Positions 1 to 10,551 are shown, numbered from the stretch's first letter. The stretch: 64,000 nucleotides of DNA from Sedimentisphaerales bacterium (GCA_963663965.2 CAXXFK010000028.1:1-64000), one strand, 5' to 3'. The notes: generated by a model not told the origin, from the letters alone. A program made the numbers and translations.

Positions 1-483
1 GGTACATTCCCGGGTCCATGTCGGTAGGAGCTTTTGCTTTGTCCAGAGTGAGATAATAAATGAATATCTGACCGAGCCCGGTTGAGACAGGCCCAAGCTT
101 TGGTGGTTCGTGCATCTCTGGCAGAGATGCTTGAGCCTGGTTTAAGGCTTCTGATACTATCTGGCGGGCAAAATAGATATCAGTATCATCTTCGAAGTAT
201 ACATATACTGCAGATAGCCCAAATGCTGATGTCGATTTGACCTGCAGAACGTTCGGTAGACCGTTCATTGCTGTTTCGATAGGGTATGTGATAAGTCTTT
301 CCACTTCTTCCGGAGCCATGCCGTGAGCTTCCGCGAAGACGGGCACCATGATTGGTGAAATGTCAGGGAAGGCATCAACCGCAATTTGCGGTACTGCTGG
401 ATACCGAGTGCGAAAATAGCAGCTATAGCCAGTATAACAAAAAAGCGATACTGTAATGCTGCTTTTACAATTTTTGTGTGCAT
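1..483 (-). CDS. czcA: CzcA/CusA-family heavy-metal RND efflux transporter, N-terminal part (runs off the window; apparent 1-bp deletion at ~381)
   Basis: Starts MHTKIVKAALQYRFFVILA. Restoring one base at ~381 gives KLPVDAFPDISPIMVPVFAEAHGMAPEEVERLITYPIETAMNGLPNV..., the typical HME-RND N-terminus. Lies downstream of the adaptor and TolC genes. Confidence 0.9.
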
Positions 484-558
484 ATTAAAACCTCGTAATA
501 ACCGGGTAGATCCAGTTAGAGTTTATATATATTTGTTTGGATTAGTTTTATACTATCA

Positions 559-1839
559 TTAATGACCGTGTCCGGCATGGCTGCCAAGGTTGGCTGTAAC
601 GATCTTCGACTTTAGTGCGAAAGCTCCTTCGGTTACATATTCAGTGCCGGCAACAAGGCCTGAGAGCACTTCCGCTGTACCGTTAACAGTTGGTTTGTAT
701 TTGATGAAAACCGCTTCGTAGCCGTGATCTACAACAATGAAAACACACTTTTTGTCACCTATTACCTGTATGGCATTTTGCTCAATAACTACAGGTGCCT
801 GCCTTCTGGCAACAGATATTAAGGCCGATACATAGCTTCCAGGAAGAAGGTTATTGTCAGAGTTAGAGATTATCGATCTGGTCATAACCGTTCTGAGCTG
901 ATCGTTGATCACAGGTGAAATATAATCCAGTTTCGCATGTATAGCCTGATCTACTGACCTGTTTGTTGCAACAACTGGTTGTGATAATTCCAGTTTATGT
1001 GCATCGGCGGCATTGATATTTATGTCTAGCCAGACAGTTGAAAGGTCAGCAATGGTAATTACCGGCTCACTGTCATCAAGTGCCTGGCCTATATTGATGT
1101 CTTTCTCTATGATCTGTCCGGCAGAAGGTGACTTTAACAAATATTCGGCAAGGTTTTTTACTTTTCCTTCCTGCAGGCTGGTAAGCTCTTGAGAACTAAT
1201 ACCCATTGAAATCAGGTTTTGAGCTGCGAGCTCCATGGTTATTTTTGCTTCTACGGCTGCTTGTCGGGCTTCAATGAGATCTGCCTGTGAGGCTAGTTTT
1301 TCCTTAAATAAAGATTCTTCGCGGTCTAAAGTAACCTGTATAAGATTATGACTCTCAAAGGCTGCAATGTATGCGGTTCTGCATTCTGCAAGTTCGCGAC
1401 TGATGATAAGAGCTACTGTCTGGTCTTTAGATACTGAGTCGCCCAGTTTGACATAAACATCTTTTACTATGCCGCTGATAACAGGAGTAATGTATGACAT
1501 TGTGTCTGTATTTAGTGTTATCTGGCCGGAAGCTGTAATTGTCTGATCTATCATGCCTGGGGCAGCTATTGCTGTTCTAATGCCTATGTTAGATTTTTCC
1601 TGGCTGGTAAGTTCGATAAATTCAGAGTGTTCTTCATGTTCATGCCCTGCATGTTCATCATGACCATCGTGCTCTTCATGCTCTTCGTTCTCTATGGTGT
1701 TGTCTGAATGTTCTTCATGGTCGTGATCACTGTGGGACGATGCTTCAGTTTCATGGTTTGAGTGCTGAGCTGATGTTTTAGAGATAAGCCAGCCAGCTGC
1801 TGCAAAAATAGCTATTAGTATAATTATTTTGTATTTCAT
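559..1839 (-). CDS. czcB: CzcB/CusB-family RND periplasmic adaptor with His-rich N-terminal linker
   Basis: N-terminal anchor, His/Glu-rich tract, lipoyl half-motifs (ITPVISGIVKDVYVKLGDSV; LKSPSAGQIIE), C-terminal HAGHGH. Confidence 0.9.
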   Translation of the reverse strand: MKYKIIILIAIFAAAGWLISKTSAQHSNHETEASSHSDHDHEEHSDNTIENEEHEEHDGHDEHAGHEHEEHSEFIELTSQEKSNIGIRTAIAAPGMIDQTITASGQITLNTDTMSYITPVISGIVKDVYVKLGDSVSKDQTVALIISRELAECRTAYIAAFESHNLIQVTLDREESLFKEKLASQADLIEARQAAVEAKITMELAAQNLISMGISSQELTSLQEGKVKNLAEYLLKSPSAGQIIEKDINIGQALDDSEPVITIADLSTVWLDININAADAHKLELSQPVVATNRSVDQAIHAKLDYISPVINDQLRTVMTRSIISNSDNNLLPGSYVSALISVARRQAPVVIEQNAIQVIGDKKCVFIVVDHGYEAVFIKYKPTVNGTAEVLSGLVAGTEYVTEGAFALKSKIVTANLGSHAGHGH

Positions 1840-1865
1840 TTTATTTCATTACCCTTTTTAAATGT

Positions 1866-3112
1866 TTATTGAAGGTTTGTTATGGCAATTATATCTGCTT
1901 TAATGTTGTGATATTCAGCGAGAGACTCGAGATATTGTGAGCGGCTGTCAAATAGGGTTTCCCTTGCTTCCAGAAAATTCAGGAATGATATTTTCCCAAG
2001 CTTATACTCTTTTTCAGCTGCAGAATAAACCTCTTCGGCCGCAGGTAAAAGCTGTTTTTGTATATCTGTTACAGTTTCGTAAGCATTACACCATTGCAGG
2101 TACAGGTCAGAGAGTTCATAATCAAGTTCTGCTTTTGCTGCAAAGTAGTTTTGCTGGCTGACCGCCTGGGATGATGAAGCCTGTTGGATTGCGGCTTTAT
2201 TCTTTTTACTGGAAGATATAGGGACAGCCATGCCAATGATAAAAGCATTGTCATTCGATTCTCTAAAGTATTGGACACCGGCCGAGATAGAGAAGTCATT
2301 TACCGATTCTGCATATTCAAGGTTTACCCGTGCTTTGCTGAGCTGAAGCTCAAGTTCCAGCATCTTGAAAGCCGGGGTGTTTTTTGCTGAATTTTGCAGT
2401 TCCTGCCAGCTTACCGGCTCAGATATACCTTCAAATTCACCTGAGGCGATCTCGAAATCAGTATCGCTACTGTCCCATAAAGTCTGGAGTTTTGCTTTAG
2501 CTGATTCCAGTTGATATTGTGCCTGCTTAAGCTGGCGTTGAGCGTTAAATGTATCAGTCCGGGCATGGGCTGTGTCTGTTTTTGTTCCTTTGCCTAGCTC
2601 ATATTGTCTCTGGGTAAGGGAGTAGGTATCTTCTGTGTTTTTTAAGGAATCTTTCGCCAACTGTAGCTTTTGCTGGCAGAAAAGGATGTCATAAAAAACT
2701 ATTGTAGTTTCAGATGTAAGTTGCTTGATAGTGGCAGCCTGATTAGTTTCAGCGATGATCCTCTCAAGTTCTGTTGTTTTTCTTCGAGCTGGTTTCTTGC
2801 CGCCGGTTTCAATTGTTTTGCTGAGAACGATTGCGGTTTCGGTATTATCTATGCCGGAATCATCAATACCTTCAACTTCGATTTCCAGTTCAAGTTCAGG
2901 AGAGACCTCAGCAATTGTTTTGCGAGTTTTTGCTGTGTCGATCAGGCTGTCTACTGCCTTGAGTTTGGGGTTATTGTTAATTACTAATTGTAAGGCCTGG
3001 CTGTAGGTTAGCTGCTGGAAATGCCTTGTGGTAGTATCGTCTGCATAGCAAAAGAAATGCCGATTATACATACAGACATAATGACAGATATATATCTATT
3101 GGTTTTAGTCAT
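1866..3112 (-). CDS. czcC: CzcC/TolC-family outer membrane efflux protein (apparent 1-bp deletion in the A4 run at 3050-3053)
   Basis: TolC-like repeats (YELGKGTKTD; YKLGKISFLNFLEAR). The ATG at 3112 gives a signal peptide MTKTNRYISVIMSVCIIGISF that joins CYA-DD... if one base is added. Confidence 0.85.
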
Positions 3113-3235
3113 ATTTTATCCTTAGATACTGAATATAGACATTGTTTGGTATATGCGCGCATACATATGCGGATATATATAATTTAATCTGTGGATAAGC
3201 CTCCGGCCTGAACGACGGGAAGCGAGAAAAGTATT

Positions 3236-3649
3236 CTATGTCAGTAGAATTACACTGCGCAGTGGAGTATGGAAAGAGTTTCCTTTGAATGTGTCAGTGT
3301 ATATTGTATATAGTTGTGAACTATTATCAGGGGTTCTGCTAAGCAGGCTGGTCATAATAAGGCACAATTGTTTTACCTGATTTACCTTTGCTATCTGCTT
3401 AACTGGTAGGTGTTTAGTCTCGGAATTCTGGCTGTCGTGACAATGATTATGCTTGTCATTTACTGCAGTTTCATGGTCATGGCTCTGCTTTTGTACCGTT
3501 GTTTCTGATGGGCAGTGACAGTGGTTGTGAATGATTGGCTCCAGTTCCAGCTTGCCATTGTCCTTTTCGCATACTACTGTAAATAATGTACTTACAGTAC
3601 CTATGCAGTACAGGAGGATCAGGAAAATTGTATGTTTATACTTTACCAT
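3236..3649 (-). CDS. His/Cys-rich small exported or membrane protein upstream of the czc operon
   Basis: Hydrophobic N-terminus, HNHCHC and HNHCHD motifs, C-terminal LRSVILLT; co-oriented with czcCBA. Confidence 0.7.
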   Translation of the reverse strand: MVKYKHTIFLILLYCIGTVSTLFTVVCEKDNGKLELEPIIHNHCHCPSETTVQKQSHDHETAVNDKHNHCHDSQNSETKHLPVKQIAKVNQVKQLCLIMTSLLSRTPDNSSQLYTIYTDTFKGNSFHTPLRSVILLT

Positions 3650-3960
3650 GCTAAACTATTATACACAAATAAGTCAAGTTAATCAACCAGCTATTGTTAC
3701 GTCTGTTTAGCTAACTGGTTCAGCTGTCTATCGAGATGGTGAAATACACTTTAAATTGGCTGACAATTAAATATAATATACTACTTGGTTTACAGTTGAT
3801 CGCTGTAATACCGTTTGATAGAAAATGCCATAAAAATGAAGCATATTGTTCAGGTGCCAGATCAAGCTTTACATTGTAGTAAGTATTGTTGTTTATTTGT
3901 GTTAAAGATGGCAAGAGCATTTGGATAAAATTATTGATTAGTGAGATAAATATTTAGAAT

Positions 3961-4956
3961 ATGACAATGTCAGAAAAAGAAATCGTAGGTAGTATACAGG
4001 AATTGATCCTGCACGAAGGTAATGCTGTTAATTCAATGGCTGGCGTGGTAGATGAGGGCTATGTCAAGGCTGTTGAGCTAATGCTTAATTGCAAGGGTAA
4101 TGTTATTATTAGCGGTATCGGTAAGGCCGGGATAGTTGGCGAGAAGCTGTCAGCGACATTGGCGTCAACTGGCACGCCCAGTTTGTTTTTGCATGCCGCT
4201 GAGGCTATCCATGGTGATCTTGGCCGTGTTCAGCCGAATGATATTGTGCTGGTATTGAGCTATAGCGGTTCGAGTGGTGAGATAGTGACACTGATCGAAC
4301 ATTTGAAGCAGCTGGGTGCTACTATGGTTGGTATGACCGGTAACCGTAATTCTCCATTGGCTAAGTATTCTGATGTTACTGTTTGGCTGGGTGACCTTAC
4401 TGAGGCATGTCCTCATGGGCTGGCACCAAGTACAAGTACTACCTGTATGATAGCCGCTGGTGATGCTTTGGCTTTAACTGTTATGAAGTTGCGAGATTTC
4501 CAGCCGGAAGATTTCGGTAAATATCATCCGGGCGGAGCGCTTGGTCGCCAGCTGATAACTGTTGAGCAGGCGGCCTTGTTCAATACAGGAAAGCCGCTGC
4601 CTATTGCCCCAGACAGCTGTAGTGTACAGGAGGCATTGAATACGGCTGAGAATCAGGTTGGCATTAGGCATGGTTGTATTATGCTGGTTGATGGCAGCGG
4701 TAAGCTTACCGGGCTGCTGACAGATGGCGATCTGAGACGCGGTATCGAGAATAAGCAGCAGGAGATCCATAATCTGCCGGTGGCTGATCTGATGACTAAA
4801 GGACCAATAACGGTAAAGGCAGATACATTGGCTAGTGCTGCGATGGCTATATTCAAGGAAAAGCGTATTGATGAGATCCCGGTTGTTGATGGAAATGGTG
4901 TGCCGGTAGGGCTTATCGATATTCAGGATGTGCTGGCGTTAAAGATTAATGATTAG
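3961..4956 (+). CDS. kdsD: Arabinose-5-phosphate isomerase (KpsF/GutQ family, SIS + 2 CBS domains)
   Basis: SGIGKAG, STGTP, HGDLG, APSTST, HPGGALG motifs; C-terminal CBS pair. Confidence 0.93.
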   Translation: MTMSEKEIVGSIQELILHEGNAVNSMAGVVDEGYVKAVELMLNCKGNVIISGIGKAGIVGEKLSATLASTGTPSLFLHAAEAIHGDLGRVQPNDIVLVLSYSGSSGEIVTLIEHLKQLGATMVGMTGNRNSPLAKYSDVTVWLGDLTEACPHGLAPSTSTTCMIAAGDALALTVMKLRDFQPEDFGKYHPGGALGRQLITVEQAALFNTGKPLPIAPDSCSVQEALNTAENQVGIRHGCIMLVDGSGKLTGLLTDGDLRRGIENKQQEIHNLPVADLMTKGPITVKADTLASAAMAIFKEKRIDEIPVVDGNGVPVGLIDIQDVLALKIND

Positions 4957-4976
4957 TAGTTAGTGGAAGTGATACT

Positions 4977-5795
4977 GTGACGGCGATAAAGATAACAAGT
5001 TTGAAAAACGACCTGGTGAAGAAGGTTATTGCTCTTTCTGAGGGGAATAAACGTCGGAAGGCTGGTCAGTTTGTGATCGAAGGGCGTAAGGAGATTGCTC
5101 ATGCTTTGAATGCTGGGATACAGATCACGGACTTCTTCTATTGTCCGGGTATAATAGCTGATGATGAGGCTTTAAGTGAATATCCGGGGCTGCTGGATGC
5201 TGTGTCGTGTTCGACGCATCGTGTGTACGAGGTTACGCCGCAGGTTTATAATAAGATCGCATATCGTGGTAAAGTTGAAGGACTGGTAGCGATAGCAGAG
5301 TATCCTAATTTTGAACCGGACTTTGAAGGAATGGGCGATTCGCCGCTGATTCTTGTTGTTGAAGGTGTAGAAAAGCCAGGTAACCTGGGTGCGATATTGC
5401 GGACTGCTGATGCGGCCGGAGTAGATTTGGTGCTGGTAGCTGATAATGGTGGGACAGATATTTACAATCCGAATGTTATTCGCTCGAGCCTGGGGTCTGT
5501 GTTTACGCTGAAGGTGTTTGCATTATCTATTGAAGGTGTGATCGATGTGCTGAAGACCAATAAGGTTAAGACTGTGCTAACCAGTCCTGACGCGACCAGG
5601 AGTTTCTGGCAGGCTGATTATACCGGGCCGACGGCGATTGTGCTGGGAAGCGAACATGATGGGCTGCCGAAGTATTGGCTGGAAAGTGAAAAAACGTCTG
5701 TGTATATTCCTATGGCTGGGCTGATGGACAGTTTAAATGTTTCGGTGTCGGCGGCGGTTATGCTGTATGAGGCGAGAAGGCAGCGAAGCGTTTAA
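4977..5795 (+). CDS. TrmH/SpoU-family RNA 2'-O-methyltransferase
   Basis: PGNLGAILRTADAAG, LGSEHDGL, IPMAG..DSLNVSVSAA SPOUT motifs. Confidence 0.92.
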   Translation: MTAIKITSLKNDLVKKVIALSEGNKRRKAGQFVIEGRKEIAHALNAGIQITDFFYCPGIIADDEALSEYPGLLDAVSCSTHRVYEVTPQVYNKIAYRGKVEGLVAIAEYPNFEPDFEGMGDSPLILVVEGVEKPGNLGAILRTADAAGVDLVLVADNGGTDIYNPNVIRSSLGSVFTLKVFALSIEGVIDVLKTNKVKTVLTSPDATRSFWQADYTGPTAIVLGSEHDGLPKYWLESEKTSVYIPMAGLMDSLNVSVSAAVMLYEARRQRSV

Positions 5796-5941
5796 CGTGG
5801 TAATTGGGGTGTTGTGTTTTTTTTTGGGGGGCTTGACACATTAAAAGCATGTTTGGGTAGTTTTTGTGCCGTTTTTGACAGCATGCATGATGTCAAACTG
5901 GATGTTTGGCTTTCTTGCGTTTTTGGTATTTATAACAAAAA

Positions 5942-5969
5942 GATGGGCAAAAGAATTTGCCCATCCTAC
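5942..5969 (-). repeat. GTAG-type REP-like palindrome (may also act as a terminator)
   Basis: Minus strand reads GTAG-GATGGGCAAA-TTCT-TTTGCCCATC: a GTAG tetranucleotide followed by a perfect 10-bp stem. Confidence 0.55.
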
Positions 5970-6254
5970 CTTTTTCAGTCGTGCATGTCCTGATATTTAA
6001 TTGGATAATAAATTAATATTTTAGTGCATAAAACGACAAAGTAAATGGATTATGATGATAAATATATCACCATTTTGCGAACAGTTATTGTGGGAGTGGC
6101 GTTAGGTACGTTTATATAATAATTTCGCATCTAAACATCCATATAATAGATTTTTTGAACTGCGGGCAAAATATAGGCGTAATGAATTTGTAAATAAAAC
6201 CACTGAGTTTATTAATTGTAACGTTTTTAATATTAAGAGTTTATGGAGATATAG

Positions 6255-7130
6255 ATGCTGCCGCAGGAAGTACTTAAGCAGATTAAGCGTATTCAGATAT
6301 ATACAAACCGGAAGGTGAACGATATGTTCGCCGGGGAGTATGAGAGTGCGTTTAAAGGGCAGGGTATGCAGTTTGATGAGGTGCGAGAATATGCACCGGG
6401 CGATGATATTCGCTCGATCGACTGGAATGTGACGGCCAGAATGGGTAAGCCATATATAAAGCGATTTGTGGAAGAGCGTGAGCAGGTCGTTATGCTGGTG
6501 GTAGATACCAGCGGGTCGGTGGACTTTGGTACTATCGAGAGAACTAAAAACTCATTGGCGGCAGAGTTCTGTGCTGTGCTGGCGTATTCCGCGATTAAAA
6601 ACGGTGATAAGGTCGGGCTGATAACATTCAGTGATAAGGTTGATAAGTATATTCCTCCTCGTAAGGGAGCTCAGCATGTATTGCGTATAATTCGCGAGCT
6701 GCTGTTTGATAATAAGCCGGGCGGGAGAACTGATATTGGTGAGGCACTGGAATATATGGCCAGGGTGCAGCGGAAGAAGGCGACGGCATTTATTGTCTCT
6801 GACTTTGCTGGCGGCGATGTATCCAAGCAGTTAAGGCTGGTTAGTAAAAGACATGACCTGATAGCTGTTACCGTTCGTGATCGGTATGAAGAGATGTTGC
6901 CAAATTGTGGTCTGGTACAGTTTCAGGACGCAGAGACCGGTGAAATTGTTGAGGTTGATACTTCATCTAAACGGTTCAGAACTGCATTTGCCGCTAATGC
7001 CGTAGCAGAAGCCGACAGGCTTGAGCGTATGCTAAAGCAGTCTAGGGTTGATCGTATTCCTGTTACGACAGGTAGAGATTATTTCCCTGAATTGGTGAAG
7101 TTCTTCATGATGAGACATAAGAGGCGGTAA
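6255..7130 (+). CDS. DUF58 / vWA-like protein (MoxR-associated type)
   Basis: GEYESAFKGQGMQFDEVREYAPGDDIRSIDWNVTAR, VDTSGS, IVSDF. Confidence 0.9.
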   Translation: MLPQEVLKQIKRIQIYTNRKVNDMFAGEYESAFKGQGMQFDEVREYAPGDDIRSIDWNVTARMGKPYIKRFVEEREQVVMLVVDTSGSVDFGTIERTKNSLAAEFCAVLAYSAIKNGDKVGLITFSDKVDKYIPPRKGAQHVLRIIRELLFDNKPGGRTDIGEALEYMARVQRKKATAFIVSDFAGGDVSKQLRLVSKRHDLIAVTVRDRYEEMLPNCGLVQFQDAETGEIVEVDTSSKRFRTAFAANAVAEADRLERMLKQSRVDRIPVTTGRDYFPELVKFFMMRHKRR

Positions 7131-7200
7131 TGGCAGTTTGCAGTGAAGCAGTAAACTGTTAACAAAGTGGTTTTGCACAATATATTTTTTAGTTCGTTTT

Positions 7201-7479
7201 ATGCCTTCTTTGGGAAATTTAAATTACGTAAGGGCTGAATGTATGTGTTTCAAGTATTTGTCTGGTGAATTTGTAGAGCAGGGCGATGTCGTTAAGACAG
7301 ATATTCTAGGGCAGGAAGAAGAAGCTTTTGTCTTTTTTGTCGCGAAGCCGCATAGCAGGAAAGCTATGGAAATATCTCAGGATGAAGGCGGAGTAATGTT
7401 TTGTATTGGCAGTGAACACAGCCTGATGTTGGTTGCTGAGCTTAATGAACATTTCGTTTTTGTTAGCAGAAAAAAATGA
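7201..7479 (+). CDS. Small hypothetical protein (start may be the internal Met of MCFKY)
   Basis: 92-codon ORF filling the gap; no recognisable motif. Confidence 0.5.
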   Translation: MPSLGNLNYVRAECMCFKYLSGEFVEQGDVVKTDILGQEEEAFVFFVAKPHSRKAMEISQDEGGVMFCIGSEHSLMLVAELNEHFVFVSRKK

Positions 7480-7543
7480 TGTAGGCTAGGAGTGTTCTTT
7501 GGGTTATTGTCAGCTGGAAGCCGATTCCTGTCTCAAGTGAAAA

Positions 7544-7972
7544 TTATTTTTCCCATATTTCAGGAGTCATGTTGCTTGGGTTTATAAATTCTATGCGGTA
7601 TGGTTTTATTATCATTACGCCATAGCTCGGGTCGTCGGGACCATCGAATACTGAGTTTAGCATTTCAAACCAGGTTAGGTGCTTTTCCTGAATTTCATCT
7701 GAAACTTCGGCAGTACCCTGGAGCTGAACATATGGTTTATTCATGTCTTTGAACAGATTGGTAATGCCAAAGGTCAGGTGAACTTCAGGGTTATTTTTTA
7801 CATGCAGTACTTTTCTGGAGTCGAGTGAGACAGCAACGCGTATGGTAAGCTCGTTATCTGAACGTACCATTACGTACCTGGTCCATGGCTTGCTGTCATT
7901 GGTTATAGTAGCAAGGTTTGCCAGTTGAGGTTCACGCAGCATTTCGATAACGGTATTTCTTATGTCTATCAC
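7544..7972 (-). CDS. Pyridoxamine 5'-phosphate oxidase-like FMN-binding protein (general stress protein 26 type)
   Basis: LATITNDSKPWTRYV, SRKVLHVKNNPEV, FDGPDDP; GGAG RBS upstream of the GTG start. Confidence 0.85.
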   Translation of the reverse strand: MIDIRNTVIEMLREPQLANLATITNDSKPWTRYVMVRSDNELTIRVAVSLDSRKVLHVKNNPEVHLTFGITNLFKDMNKPYVQLQGTAEVSDEIQEKHLTWFEMLNSVFDGPDDPSYGVMIIKPYRIEFINPSNMTPEIWEK

Positions 7973-8058
7973 GATCGACTCCTTTTTTTAGTAATTTACT
8001 TGTAAACAGTAAATAATTATAGGCATGTTACATTGTCCAGGCAACTTATTTACTACAG

Positions 8059-9612
8059 TTACGCCAGTTTATCAGTTGCGACATGCCAGTGTTTCAGGTC
8101 TTCATATATCTGGATATCAATAAGATCTCCGGCATTATCGATAAGCTGGGTGCATTCCTGACTCAGGTCTATTAGGTGCAGGGTTTTGCCCAGTTTGATA
8201 TATCTTTCTGCTAGCGAGTTTATGGCCTCTATGCCGGAGTGGTCAAATACACGGGCGTAATGGAAGTCGATGATGACATCGGTCGGGTCATCTGCAGGGT
8301 TGAAAAGCTCAGCAAAGTTTCTGACAGAACCGAAAAATAGTGAGCCCCTGAGTCTGTAGACTTTTGAGCCTTTCTGGTCGATCTCTGAGTGAAACTCGAT
8401 CTGGCTGCCTTTTTTCCAGGCGAAGGCAAGTGAGGAAACAATAACACCAACGAAAACGGCAGTTGCCAGATCTTCAATTACAGTTACCGCAGAAACCAGA
8501 ACGATGATAAATGCATCGGTTCTAGGAATTTTCGGTATGATCTTGATACTTGAGAAGCTGAAGGTGCTGATAACGACAGTTATCATTACGCCAACCAGGG
8601 CAGCTACAGGTATGATTTCAATAAGTTTGGCACCGACAAGAACGAACAGAAGTAGGGCAGAGCCTGCAACTATGCCTGACAGACGGCTTCGGCCGCCGGA
8701 GTTTATATTGATCATACTCTGGCCGATCATCGCACATCCGCCCATAGCTGAGAACAGGCCGCAGATTATGTTGCCAAGCCCTTGTCCGATACATTCCTTA
8801 TTGCCGCGACCGCGAGTTTCTGTTATTTCGTCCACCAGGGTGAGTGTCAGCAGAGACTCGATCAGGCCGACAGAGGCCCCCAGGAACGAGTACGGCAGAA
8901 TAATCTTCAGGGTTTCGAAATTCAGAGGTACGGCCGGGAAATGGAACGGCGGCAGTGATGCTTTGAGTGATGTCATTTCCGGATCGAGCAGCTTAACATA
9001 GTCCAGCACACTGCGATAGTGGAATATGTCCATCTTACCGCCAATGATACAAATGATCGTGACGGTAACAATAGCGGTTAATGATGCCGGGATGGCTTTG
9101 GTTATCATTGGCAGAATATAGCAAATGGCAAGGGTTATACCGACAAGTGCCAGCATGACGTACATGTCAGTACCTGCCAGCCAGGAAGCATCCTCTCCTA
9201 CACCGGTTTTGAATTGGCCAAGCTGAGCCATAAATATGACAATTGCAAGACCGTTAACAAACCCCAGCATAACCGGGTGCGGGATAAGTCGGACGAATTT
9301 CCCCAGCTTAAGGAATCCTGCGGTTATCTGCAGTATTCCCATTAACAGAACGGCGGCAAATAGGTACTCTACGCCGTGTTCTAAAACCAGTGAGCCTAAC
9401 ACTACTGCAATAGCCCCTGTGGCACCCGATATCATCCCGGGACGACCACCAAGAATGGCGGTAGTCAGCCCCATGATTACCGCGGCGTACAGACCGATTA
9501 CCGGTGATACATGGCAGACGAATGCGAATGCGATGGCTTCCGGCACAAGTGCCAGGGCAACGGTTAAACCTGATAAAATATCGTTCTTATTCTGTTTTAA
9601 GTCAAATTTCAT
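8059..9612 (-). CDS. SulP-family inorganic anion transporter with STAS domain
   Basis: GLTVALALVPEAIAF, GGRPGMISGATGA, GGCAMIGQS, C-terminal STAS (GSLFFGS...DHSG). Confidence 0.93.
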   Translation of the reverse strand: MKFDLKQNKNDILSGLTVALALVPEAIAFAFVCHVSPVIGLYAAVIMGLTTAILGGRPGMISGATGAIAVVLGSLVLEHGVEYLFAAVLLMGILQITAGFLKLGKFVRLIPHPVMLGFVNGLAIVIFMAQLGQFKTGVGEDASWLAGTDMYVMLALVGITLAICYILPMITKAIPASLTAIVTVTIICIIGGKMDIFHYRSVLDYVKLLDPEMTSLKASLPPFHFPAVPLNFETLKIILPYSFLGASVGLIESLLTLTLVDEITETRGRGNKECIGQGLGNIICGLFSAMGGCAMIGQSMININSGGRSRLSGIVAGSALLLFVLVGAKLIEIIPVAALVGVMITVVISTFSFSSIKIIPKIPRTDAFIIVLVSAVTVIEDLATAVFVGVIVSSLAFAWKKGSQIEFHSEIDQKGSKVYRLRGSLFFGSVRNFAELFNPADDPTDVIIDFHYARVFDHSGIEAINSLAERYIKLGKTLHLIDLSQECTQLIDNAGDLIDIQIYEDLKHWHVATDKLA

Positions 9613-9784
9613 TAATCTACTTTCAGTTATTTTTTCTATCTATATCTATTAGTTTCTATTTTTGGTGTTTTGTACTCTTGGAATGTGTAAACAGGGAAAT
9701 ACCATGAGTTTATATTTGTGAGGGTACAGAATAGTATCTGTAATTTGGGTTTGTGTCTCCCGTTGCTACCATAACAGAAAAAAT

Positions 9785-9812
9785 ATTATAGCAGAAATGA
9801 CATATTTGTCAA
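9785..9812 (-). promoter_or_regulatory. Sigma70 promoter of sulP with an overlapping TGACA-N4-TGTCA palindrome
   Basis: Minus strand TTGACA-16 nt-TATAAT with an extended TG; palindrome at 9798-9811. Confidence 0.7.
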
Positions 9813-9950
9813 TAGGTGCATTTATTTCGTGAATATCAAAACGTGTGACAAAAAAGTGTATATATTTGAAATTGATTGAAAGTGGTATGTAGTTTAAAGT
9901 TATACGGTTATTTAGGTAATAATTGTATTGAAAGTGTTTAAGGATTATTT

Positions 9951-10520
9951 ATGAGAGTAATATTAGCAAGTGGGTCGCCAAGGAGAGAGCAGCTGCTGCG
10001 TGAGCTGGTTGAGAAGTTTGAGATAATACCAGCTCAGGTTGATGAACCTGGTTACTATGGTCAGGCATTGTGTCCGGAATTATGGGTTGAGTCGCTGGCA
10101 TATCTTAAAGCTGCCGAGGTTGCTCAGGGTAATCCAGCTGCTCTTATAATAGCAGCTGATACAATATGTGCCCATAGTGGCAAGATAATTGGTAAGCCGA
10201 ATGATGAGGCACATGCCCGGTATATTTTAACCAATTATTTTGCCGGTGTTGGCAGGGTCATAACCGGAGTAACTATTTTGAAGCCGGATGAGGGGGTGCG
10301 GATAGTAGATCATGTTGTGACAGAGCTAACTATGAGAGCAATGACGGAATGTGAGCGTGAAGAATATCTGGCAAGCGGCACATGGCAGGGCAAAGCCGGG
10401 GCATATGCATATCAGGAAGGTGGGGATAGGTTTGTTGAGACAATTAACGGTAGTGAGTCAAATGTTGTTGGGCTGCCGGTAGAGTGGTTGCAGGAGAAAT
10501 TGCATGGCATATTGAAGTGA
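9951..10520 (+). CDS. maf: Maf-family nucleotide pyrophosphatase
   Basis: ILASGSPRR, IAADT, GKP, GKAGAY, NVVGLP. Confidence 0.92.
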   Translation: MRVILASGSPRREQLLRELVEKFEIIPAQVDEPGYYGQALCPELWVESLAYLKAAEVAQGNPAALIIAADTICAHSGKIIGKPNDEAHARYILTNYFAGVGRVITGVTILKPDEGVRIVDHVVTELTMRAMTECEREEYLASGTWQGKAGAYAYQEGGDRFVETINGSESNVVGLPVEWLQEKLHGILK

Positions 10521-10551
10521 ACAGGAGTGTATCAAGGAAACGAATATAAAG

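Noticed and set aside
1630..1765. Repetitive CAT/TTC-rich DNA
   Set aside because: Explained by the His/Glu-rich linker of CzcB.
3191..3199. Perfect DnaA box (TTATCCACA on the minus strand)
   Set aside because: Single copy with no cluster and no dnaA/dnaN context; compatible with chance.
5817..5832. Poly-T/poly-G tract as a phase-variation switch
   Set aside because: Intergenic and downstream of a gene; homopolymer lengths are unreliable in this assembly.
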